Source: a virus (taxonomy: Duplodnaviria; Caudoviricetes). Taken from it: DNA of 52,767 nt. The stretch covers positions 1-52,767 of the IMG/VR virus record IMGVR_UViG_3300042319_001969; one strand, written 5' to 3'. A program made the position numbers and the translations under genes. The stretch's first letter is position 1. Every line of letters begins with the position of its first letter. This document shows positions 39,201 to 46,500 of the stretch, piece after piece. The notes under the pieces were generated by a model that ran no database searches, was not told where the DNA came from, and worked only from the letters and a program-made list of their open reading frames with translations.

Positions 39201-40901
39201 TTAATTAAATTTATCCCAATTGTCAACTATAAAATCATTTTCTCCATTTTCTTCATCTGTAGATAATGGATTGTATGTTTTAGTTTTGTTGGCAATTTGT
39301 GTCCAAATTTCCGTAAACTCTGAGGGGTCCTTGGGGAAAGGAGGTAACGGAGCCATAGCATATCTTACCGCATCCGGTAAGTGGTTGTTAGAATCCATAG
39401 GCTTTTCGCCTTGGTTCTTTTCGTCCCCTAATCCTCTGGATGGATATTTGTAAGAACGCATCTCTTTATACAAATAATGTAAAGTCTTGAAGAACTTTAC
39501 CTTTCCATACCGAGCATATGATGACAGCTTACTAATAGTTGGAGCCAATGAGTCATGCTCCATGTTTTCTGCTGGCACAATCATTATACCATGTTCATTA
39601 TAGGCATCTATCCATGACTTTCCTGAAACTTGGTCTCTGTTTCTTCCTCTTGGGTCACCTTGACGAGGATATGCCCATAAATAGTCAGGAACTCCAGCTT
39701 CTGCATCTTTTATTCGTTTAATTGCTTCAGTAATGTCTTTATCTTCCAAAGAAATGTAAACTTCCTTGTAAAAGTAAATAACTTGTTTACCTGGGTCTAT
39801 AGCCCCTAAGACATACGCAGTTGGGTCACGTCTTCCGAAGTCTACCCCAGCAATTCGTTGCCAATGTTCTGGAATTACAAACGGGTCGCAGAACCATTTA
39901 TTGAAATCAGGGTAAACTAACCCTTCAGTATATTTAAAAGACCCTTTAAGGTAACGATTAATCCACCACTCTTCTTTATTGGCCGCTAAGTCACGTTCGT
40001 AGTTAGTGGGCAAGTAGTAGTTTGCAGATGTGGCTGCAATATGTGTAGAAACAGCTTGTTCTCTAGCAGTAGGTGGTACTTCGTATCTGTCTTGAACGTT
40101 ACCGTGATAGTATATTTTATCAGAAACCATAAGCCAGTTAGTATTTAACCAACCAACGTCAGGGTTACTAGAGAGCAACATCTTTAATCTGTCTTTGCCT
40201 TTGTAAAAAGCATTCTTATTACGCAAACGAGCAGCAATGTATGCAACGACAGAGTAATCTACTTCGCTAGCTTCCTCTACCCAGATAAGGGTTAAGTTAG
40301 CTGAGCGAATCTTACCTTCTTTGTCTAAGGCTTTAGCTGAAATGCGTGAGCCGTTAATTAAATCTATGTACCAGTTTACTTTATCTTGATTTGATTTGAT
40401 GACTAGCTTAGCTGGAACATTATCTATAATGAATTTCAAGCAGGTATCGCTAACTTGCCCCCAAGTGCTAGCACCAACTAGGGCTGAAGAGTTAGGAATT
40501 TGTAAGATGGTACCGATAAACTCCATGCCTGCTGTATAAGTCTTAGCAGAACCGAATCCACCAGCATATAGTTTCTTCATATGTTGGTCAATATGGAATA
40601 TTTCTTGATGAGGCATAGGCTTATATCGACAAACGTACGAGTTACAAGTAGGGCAGTGCACAAAAAACTCAGCTTGTTTACCACTAAACGAAGTTACTTC
40701 TTCGAATTTGCTATAATTACACCGTGGGCAGGTATCACCTATCTCACAAGTGTAAATTCCTTTAGCAGTTTTGGTAAACGCTCTAGATTTTTCTAGTTCT
40801 ACCACTTCTTTTACAGTCTCCTTGACAGATTGTGTCAAAGAAACTGTAGTAGTGGCTTCAAACTTAGCTAGGGTGTCTAATAGTTTTTTGTTATCTGCCA
40901 T
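39201..40901 (-). CDS. terL: Terminase large subunit with N-terminal zinc ribbon
   Basis: GGFGSAKT, WVEEASE, SSNP, GVDFGRRDP, NHLPDAVRYA; N-terminal CPRC...CPTC. Confidence 0.92.
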   Translation of the reverse strand: MADNKKLLDTLAKFEATTTVSLTQSVKETVKEVVELEKSRAFTKTAKGIYTCEIGDTCPRCNYSKFEEVTSFSGKQAEFFVHCPTCNSYVCRYKPMPHQEIFHIDQHMKKLYAGGFGSAKTYTAGMEFIGTILQIPNSSALVGASTWGQVSDTCLKFIIDNVPAKLVIKSNQDKVNWYIDLINGSRISAKALDKEGKIRSANLTLIWVEEASEVDYSVVAYIAARLRNKNAFYKGKDRLKMLLSSNPDVGWLNTNWLMVSDKIYYHGNVQDRYEVPPTAREQAVSTHIAATSANYYLPTNYERDLAANKEEWWINRYLKGSFKYTEGLVYPDFNKWFCDPFVIPEHWQRIAGVDFGRRDPTAYVLGAIDPGKQVIYFYKEVYISLEDKDITEAIKRIKDAEAGVPDYLWAYPRQGDPRGRNRDQVSGKSWIDAYNEHGIMIVPAENMEHDSLAPTISKLSSYARYGKVKFFKTLHYLYKEMRSYKYPSRGLGDEKNQGEKPMDSNNHLPDAVRYAMAPLPPFPKDPSEFTEIWTQIANKTKTYNPLSTDEENGENDFIVDNWDKFN

Positions 40902-40904
40902 TTA

Positions 40905-41369
40905 TTAGTTTGGTTTACTTGGAGTAATTAAACCAATCTTTTTGTTAATCAACACGTCGACTGATTTTTCTTCTATGCCGGCTTCTAAAAGAATTTCTTT
41001 TGCTAACACCACAGCGGCAATTCGATTAGTTTCGTTATTACGGGCGGTGAGCAGAGTGTCTTCTTTGCCTAAAGCTGCATCAATGGCTTCTTTAGCATTC
41101 TTGTGAGCTTCGGAATCTTCGAATACTTGTTTAGTTGGAAGAATTCTTTTTAGGAATTTACCGAACACACCATTCCAATGGTCATGCACAGGGACTTTAC
41201 CGTTTTTTTCAATCAGAGAAATAGAATACGCTTCTAGCACTCCCATGAAAATTGACGTAAACTCTTCTGGTGTAAACATTGCTCCAATGAATTTAATCTT
41301 AACATTGTCGACATCGTCCGTCTTAAGCGTAACGTGTATACCGCGGCTTTCTGCTTTCTTCTTTGCCAT
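40905..41369 (-). CDS. Hypothetical protein upstream of TerL (terminase small subunit by position only)
   Basis: 154 aa, SD AGGAGG. Confidence 0.6.
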   Translation of the reverse strand: MAKKKAESRGIHVTLKTDDVDNVKIKFIGAMFTPEEFTSIFMGVLEAYSISLIEKNGKVPVHDHWNGVFGKFLKRILPTKQVFEDSEAHKNAKEAIDAALGKEDTLLTARNNETNRIAAVVLAKEILLEAGIEEKSVDVLINKKIGLITPSKPN

Positions 41370-41401
41370 AATTGTTTCCTCCTTTATGGGCTTCTAAATA
41401 T

Positions 41402-41410
41402 ATTATAGCA
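41402..41410 (-). promoter_or_regulatory. Extended -10 promoter for the packaging operon
   Basis: TGCTATAAT upstream of the 41369 SD. Confidence 0.55.
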
Positions 41411-41687
41411 CAATGTTTTGTTTTTTACTAGTACTTTTTAACAAAATGTTTTTTAACCATAAAGCAATGATAAGATTTAATATCCAGAATGGGGTAATTG
41501 GTAACATGATAAACGTCCAAATAGATGCCGCCAGAGTATAGCCGGTGTTATCTTTAAACAAGAATCCGTAGACTAATGGCAGTATCCAGATTAACGAAGT
41601 AATGATATTAGCAATTATCCAGCTTAACCAGCCTTGCCACGTTAATAATAGTTCTTTAAGTTGTCTTTTTAGTTTTTCGTAAACCAT
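41403..41687 (-). CDS. Small membrane protein (2-3 TM)
   Basis: Trp-rich hydrophobic helices, basic termini. Confidence 0.7.
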   Translation of the reverse strand: MVYEKLKRQLKELLLTWQGWLSWIIANIITSLIWILPLVYGFLFKDNTGYTLAASIWTFIMLPITPFWILNLIIALWLKNILLKSTSKKQNIVL

Positions 41688-41733
41688 AATCTTAGGAATG
41701 TTCTACCTCTTTTTATAGGAATAATATGCAGTA

Positions 41734-41812
41734 TGGTGGAGTAGGTGGGAGTTGAACCCACGTTTTAACCTACGTCCAGTTAAGGTTATAGGTTAACTTA
41801 CCCGACTACCCC
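41734..41812 (-). ncRNA. Minimal tmRNA-like tRNA-like-domain RNA (Ala identity, encoded CCA, no mRNA-like domain)
   Basis: Acceptor stem GGGGTAG/CTACTCC-ACCA with G3:U70; T-arm GTGGG-TTCAACT-CCCAC; stemless D-region; 9-bp helix TTAACCTAT/GTAGGTTAA. Confidence 0.8.
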
Positions 41813-41900
41813 TTGATTTGCTAGAGAGCAATAGACGCTAATAAAGGGAGTTTGGGTTTAAACTATGCTTGGTCCTTTAGGCTATGCTCTCTAACTGGAC
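41813..41900 (-). ncRNA. Structured 5' domain/leader of the tRNA-like RNA
   Basis: Long hairpin TAGAGAGCA..TAAAGG/CCTTTA..TGCTCTCTA; 5' GTCCAGTTA complementary to the loop of the tRNA-like domain. Confidence 0.6.
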
Positions 41901-41965
41901 ATAGTTAATCATACCTCACCGCCATTGTCAACTAAAACTTGAAAGCAGTTTCACACATTTAACAA

Positions 41966-41994
41966 TTGACTTGGTTAGTTTATTGGCTTAAACT
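41966..41994 (+). promoter_or_regulatory. Early rightward promoter
   Basis: TTGACT-N17-TAAACT just upstream of AGGAGG at 42001. Confidence 0.6.
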
Positions 41995-42011
41995 TCGTGC
42001 AGGAGGTACAT

Positions 42012-42188
42012 ATGGTAACCATATACACGCTATACGGCATCGACAAGTATGGGCGCACAAAGTTTCACGGCAGATTCGGTAGCCGTCACAGAATGCTTAG
42101 TGCAGTCCGTGGGCTTGGATTAGTTAGCTGGTTCTACGAATCAGAACAAAAACAAGACCAATATGGAGCTTTGACAGTAAACGTCTAA
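42012..42188 (+). CDS. Small early hypothetical protein
   Basis: ATG 42012 after AGGAGG. Confidence 0.7.
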   Translation: MVTIYTLYGIDKYGRTKFHGRFGSRHRMLSAVRGLGLVSWFYESEQKQDQYGALTVNV

Positions 42189-42377
42189 AGTTCCTAGTTT
42201 AATCAAAAAGTGATGAGTTGAGGTCAATCCTATGTATGGCCCTTTAGGACAGGTGTGGGACCCAATTAAGACCCCTAGCCCCTAGTTTGTGAATTATGGT
42301 TTTGTTGTTTAGTGAGTAAACTCAAATTTACTCATAGGTTAATCCGTGACCTATACATACCTTGGAGGTATAAGAAA

Positions 42378-42689
42378 ATGGCTAAAGCAAAAGAAGTCGC
42401 AGTTTCAGTGTTCGAAGATTTCAGTGAAAAAGTTATCGTGCGTGTTGACCCTAGCAAGTTAATCGCGTATGTCCAAGTCGGCATCAATGACTTTGGCGAC
42501 CGCGAAGTAAAAGCTTACAACATTTACGACTTGACGGATGCGCACATCATCATGCACAACCTCAAGAAAGAGTTCACACGCAAAGACTTAACGGTTGTAG
42601 CTAATACTCACATTGGCAAGACACCCGGTTTGAAGTTCTTTACGGCAAAGCAAGTCTTACATATCTCACGCACCGTAGTTTCTAAATAA
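42378..42689 (+). CDS. Early hypothetical protein
   Basis: ATG 42378 after GGAGG; followed by a terminator. Confidence 0.8.
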   Translation: MAKAKEVAVSVFEDFSEKVIVRVDPSKLIAYVQVGINDFGDREVKAYNIYDLTDAHIIMHNLKKEFTRKDLTVVANTHIGKTPGLKFFTAKQVLHISRTVVSK

Positions 42690-42692
42690 AAC

Positions 42693-42731
42693 AAAAGGGT
42701 TAAGCGCAACGGAACGCTTAGCCCTTTTTTT
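42693..42731 (+). terminator. Rho-independent terminator
   Basis: GGGTTAAGCG/CGCTTAGCCC stem + T7. Confidence 0.85.
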
Positions 42732-43128
42732 ATTCCGGGAGGTACATAGGAGGGTGTCCCCCTAGATTCTATGAATATCCTTTCTCTTATCAGAGGAAAG
42801 GGGGGACTATAGGGGGGATAGGAGTTAATTCTCTTTACACATATGTATAGTATCTTATAGATTAGTGTAATTTATATCCAACCCATATCTATCTTTTATA
42901 CACTTACTGTCTAATCTCTATGACACTTGTATTCCTAGAGATAAGTAATGTGTGTTCCCAGGTCAGAGACTATCCAACTCACAGAGTTATATTACTATGT
43001 AATATAAACTAACAAGTTTTATTCCCCGGTTTTACAATTTTCGTCAAATGGTTTTGTTCTTTTGTGTATTATTTATTGTTTTTTCATAGATAATACGAAT
43101 ACATAAAACCTAAAAGGAGGTTAAAACT

Positions 43129-43395
43129 ATGTACAAAGTAATAATCGGAAGTGTAGTCGTGGCTAGAGTGTTCACTATGGACGAAGGTAGAGAAGTGTTA
43201 AAAGAATATGGTTTAATTGGCTTGCAAGAAAATGAAGGTGAGAGTGGTGACTACGCGATTATCGAAGAAAAAGTCTACGAATTAGTTGTTCACAATAAAG
43301 TCGTCGCTAAAGGTAACACCCGTGAAGAATTATTAGACCTTGCTAAAGACTATGTTCCTAATTATTTAAAATTTAGAATTCAGGAAATTAAATAA
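43129..43395 (+). CDS. Early hypothetical protein made of two similar halves
   Basis: YKVIIGSVVVARV vs YELVVHNKVVAKG; SD AGGAGG. Confidence 0.8.
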   Translation: MYKVIIGSVVVARVFTMDEGREVLKEYGLIGLQENEGESGDYAIIEEKVYELVVHNKVVAKGNTREELLDLAKDYVPNYLKFRIQEIK

Positions 43396-43407
43396 CATGT
43401 AGCTTAC

Positions 43408-43436
43408 AAAGGTATACTTATAGTATACCTTTTTTT
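43408..43436 (+). terminator. Rho-independent terminator
   Basis: AAAGGTATAC/GTATACCTTT + T-run. Confidence 0.8.
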
Positions 43437-43437
43437 A

Positions 43438-43990
43438 TGCTTGAAGGCTCATAGCGCGTAAGGCCTTCGGCACAGGGAATAATCCTATGGATTCGGCTTA
43501 TTAATTTGCTCACTAAAGTCGTTCGCAATTAAACGCCTCAAGATTTTTTGTTCACTACACCCGTATCCGCATAGACTTCGGACTAAACCGTCCTGCGTTC
43601 TCTGCTACTACCGGTTCCGTTCACAATCAAAGCTAACGCATAGTCCACCGCATTCTCTATCCTCGACAACTCTTCGCTAAAGGCTCGATTGTCTGCGGGC
43701 GGTGAGATTACTACGCGCCGAGAACACCTTTCGTTTCATTACGCTAAACCGCTTCATTACACTACAGGTAATCTCTTTGCTTGTAATGTAGTGTAAGCGC
43801 TAGGCTTACGCATAACTCATTCAGTCCCAGAAATGCCTGCCAAATGCAGTCAGTTCTGGTCCTTGATGAGGTAAACATTTAAGACACTACAGCCGTCCGC
43901 CCGTTCGCTAAACCGCTCACTACGCTACCGAGCTTCCGTGTCTTTAAATGTTACAAAGGCTTACAAGTTTGTCTGCGCACGCGCATCCAA
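43438..43990 (-). other. Large GC-rich structured non-coding element (ncRNA or ssDNA structure)
   Basis: At least 7 hairpins with recurring GA/GA and GAA/GTA internal loops and TTTA-containing loops on the - strand. Confidence 0.75.
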
Positions 43991-44217
43991 AATTGTTTCG
44001 CTTATATTTCTTTTCTTAAAGAGAAAAGAAATAGAACTAAAAACTACTAAGCTTTCAGCTAAAGCGGTTCTTGTTTTTTGTGAATTACATTTCGTTTTTC
44101 ATAGATTTGTTTTGCTTAGTTAAAAGGAGTAAGCATAAATAACAAATATGAAAGGCGTTTTGTTTATTCTTCTCTTCGTGAGTATTCATAAACAAAACAC
44201 AAAAGGAGTAAAAATTT

Positions 44218-45135
44218 ATGAAAAAAGAAGTTGCCGACAACTTAGCATTTTTGTCAGACATTGGTTCTATGGAAAGAACCGAAACTCAAGACTCTATTCG
44301 TTTAGACAATTATACAGGTGAACACCGTGAAATGCTTCGCAGAAAATACTTTGTAGGTCCTTACGGTAATAACTTAGTTAATCCTTGGTTTCATACCGAT
44401 AAGTTTACAAAGTCTATGATTCAAAAAGATTTCAAATGTAAGATTAATTTTGACGATTATCGTAACAACGAAGAGTTGTATGGACAAGTCAGAGTTGACG
44501 AAGCCGAAATGGACTTAGAAGAAATGGGTATGGCTATGCCAGACCACTTCCGTGTAGACCCAATGGTTGAAGAGTCAGACACCAGTCCAAAAGCTACGCT
44601 TGATATTGAGTCGTACAATGCCTTAGAAGAGCACTTAAAGCAAGGCTTAAAGAAACGCTTTATCATGTTGCTAAATTATGATACATATTTTAGCTTTTAT
44701 AGAGCAATTACTACTAGTTATTTGACACATGGTTTTGTGTATGAGTACCAAAATTATCAAATCAAATCTGCTATCAAGGAAATTGCTAAGCAACTAGCCG
44801 ATACAGCAGTCGTTGAGTTCTTAAAAGTTAATCGTGATACTAGCGTTTACCGCGATAAATCAACTATATTTTCTAAAGATGGAATTTCATTCGAAATTAT
44901 ACCTAACGAATTCGAACCAGAGTTCATTAGAACTTACCAATCAGCTTTACAAGCATTATATGGTTTTAAGATGACACCCGATACTAATATCGAAGACTTC
45001 GTCAAAACTATTAGTTCAGATGTTGACATGCGAGAAGAAGTTCTATATTTAATTTTACCTCAAGAAGTAAATCTTAGAGACTTACATCAAGACGATGTCG
45101 AAGATGAAGTAGAAGAATTAGTCGAAGTCGAATAA
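44218..45135 (+). CDS. Acidic early hypothetical protein
   Basis: 305 aa, SD AAGGAG. Confidence 0.85.
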   Translation: MKKEVADNLAFLSDIGSMERTETQDSIRLDNYTGEHREMLRRKYFVGPYGNNLVNPWFHTDKFTKSMIQKDFKCKINFDDYRNNEELYGQVRVDEAEMDLEEMGMAMPDHFRVDPMVEESDTSPKATLDIESYNALEEHLKQGLKKRFIMLLNYDTYFSFYRAITTSYLTHGFVYEYQNYQIKSAIKEIAKQLADTAVVEFLKVNRDTSVYRDKSTIFSKDGISFEIIPNEFEPEFIRTYQSALQALYGFKMTPDTNIEDFVKTISSDVDMREEVLYLILPQEVNLRDLHQDDVEDEVEELVEVE

Positions 45136-45142
45136 ATAAAAT

Positions 45143-45169
45143 AAGCACTCTTAACGGAGTGCTTTTTTT
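45143..45169 (+). terminator. Rho-independent terminator
   Basis: AAGCACTC/GAGTGCTT + T-run. Confidence 0.85.
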
Positions 45170-45247
45170 ATAAAGGAAGGGTCATAGATAACCTTTCTTT
45201 TTCTCTCTTTTTGTCGCGTCAAAAGAAAGGTTTATGGAGGTAAACTT

Positions 45248-45463
45248 ATGAGCAATCGCGTTCGAAAGCCTAAAGTCTATAAGACAAAGACTTCGTATAT
45301 TATTAAGTATACAAAGTTCTCAGCCTATAGTGGTGAGTATGAATATCGTTTAAATGCGTATTCTGCGAACCAAGCCCAGTATTTGTTTTACAAATATTTT
45401 TCACCTAGCTATCACAGAGTTAGGACCATTATCGAAGCTAATGCTTTTGTAAGCATTATATGA
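45248..45463 (+). CDS. Small basic hypothetical protein
   Basis: 71 aa, SD GGAGG. Confidence 0.75.
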   Translation: MSNRVRKPKVYKTKTSYIIKYTKFSAYSGEYEYRLNAYSANQAQYLFYKYFSPSYHRVRTIIEANAFVSII

Positions 45464-45476
45464 AAGGAGGAAATGT

Positions 45477-45818
45477 ATGTACATTGTATTAAACACTCTA
45501 GTCTACGACGAAAAAGATTTACATATTTTTATTTTAAAAATTAACGCTATGAAATACTTAGCGTCAATGTCTTCGCCAAAAGACTTTGTAATTCTAGATA
45601 TTAACTTTAAATTTGTTAATGATATCAAAGATTATCTTAAAAAATTATTTAAAGTTGAAAAGAAAATTATTGAACCAGTTTTAGCTACCTCAGTTCAACA
45701 ACCAATTCAAGAACCAGTTCAAGAACCAGTTCAAGAACCCGTTGTTACACAAGTTCAAGCAACAATCGTTCAAGAAGTTAAGGCTCCAGCAGATTATCCA
45801 ATTGACGAAACAAAGTAA
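45477..45818 (+). CDS. Hypothetical protein with QEPV tandem repeats
   Basis: SD AGGAGG; 12-nt repeats at about 45692-45740. Confidence 0.75.
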   Translation: MYIVLNTLVYDEKDLHIFILKINAMKYLASMSSPKDFVILDINFKFVNDIKDYLKKLFKVEKKIIEPVLATSVQQPIQEPVQEPVQEPVVTQVQATIVQEVKAPADYPIDETK

Positions 45819-46053
45819 TTATACGAATTTTGTCAAAAAAAGTCGCTATGCGTAGAGAATTTTTCTCTATATATAATACATTTTTTTAAAAAACTACTAT
45901 ATAAATATATAATTTATTAACTAAATAATATATAAATTAAGTCTTTTGACAAAAAGTGTATAAAAAAACTAAAGTTGAGGTAGTGTGCGTCTCTCTCTTT
46001 TTGTGAGCGACGACACACACTCACAAAATATATTCATATAGGAGGAAATAAAT

Positions 46054-46425
46054 ATGAATAAAGGTAGTCGTGAATTAGCCGTGACGGTTTTGTCTTTGAC
46101 GAGTCCAGCGAGGATTGCTCAAATTGCTAAAGAAAAAGCATTGAATCCTCAAGAAGTCTATGTGAGAGCAACTTGCGAATACGCAGGTAAAACTTTCACA
46201 GTTTCTAATAAGCTTCGCTTTCTAAGTCAAGATGGTTATACCAAATTGATGAATGCTAAGCAAAGCAAAGAAACTATTAATATTGTGATTTCGCCTGCGG
46301 CAGATAATATTAATTATTATTTTTATTTAGAAAATACCGCAGTAGATGTTGCTTCGCTATTCAAAGAACCAGTTAAGCAACCAGACATTCGCGTCAAAGT
46401 CGAAGACTTATATAAGAATTTGTAA
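46054..46425 (+). CDS. Hypothetical protein
   Basis: 123 aa, SD AGGAGG. Confidence 0.8.
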   Translation: MNKGSRELAVTVLSLTSPARIAQIAKEKALNPQEVYVRATCEYAGKTFTVSNKLRFLSQDGYTKLMNAKQSKETINIVISPAADNINYYFYLENTAVDVASLFKEPVKQPDIRVKVEDLYKNL

Positions 46426-46440
46426 CCTTCATCGGTAGTT

Positions 46441-46479
46441 AAAAGGCTTTAGGTTTTCCGTAACTTAAAGCCTTTTTTT
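46441..46479 (+). terminator. Rho-independent terminator
   Basis: AAAAGGCTTTA/TAAAGCCTTTT + T-run. Confidence 0.8.
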
Positions 46480-46500
46480 TATTCTAAAAATAAGGAGGCT

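Noticed and set aside
41734-41770. attP site derived from the 3' end of a host tmRNA/tRNA
   Set aside because: No integrase was found, and the matching 5' acceptor strand and internal helix are present, so it looks like a self-contained RNA rather than a 3' fragment.
41734-41812. Canonical tRNA (Ala or Leu-TAA)
   Set aside because: It has no D-stem, a 9-bp helix with a 14-nt loop instead of a 5-bp/7-nt anticodon arm, and no Ala anticodon.
41915-41923. Lambda-like CI/Cro operator (resembles the TATCACCGC half-site) in the divergent promoter region
   Set aside because: It is not part of a palindrome, no repressor gene was seen, and the same octamer is dispersed through coding regions.
43860-43960. 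Hammerhead ribozyme (TGATGAG followed by a stem)
   Set aside because: The core lacks CUGAUGA and the GAAA after stem II.
43938-44123. 61-aa ORF from the track
   Set aside because: GTG start without an SD, lying inside hairpin-rich non-coding sequence; probably spurious.
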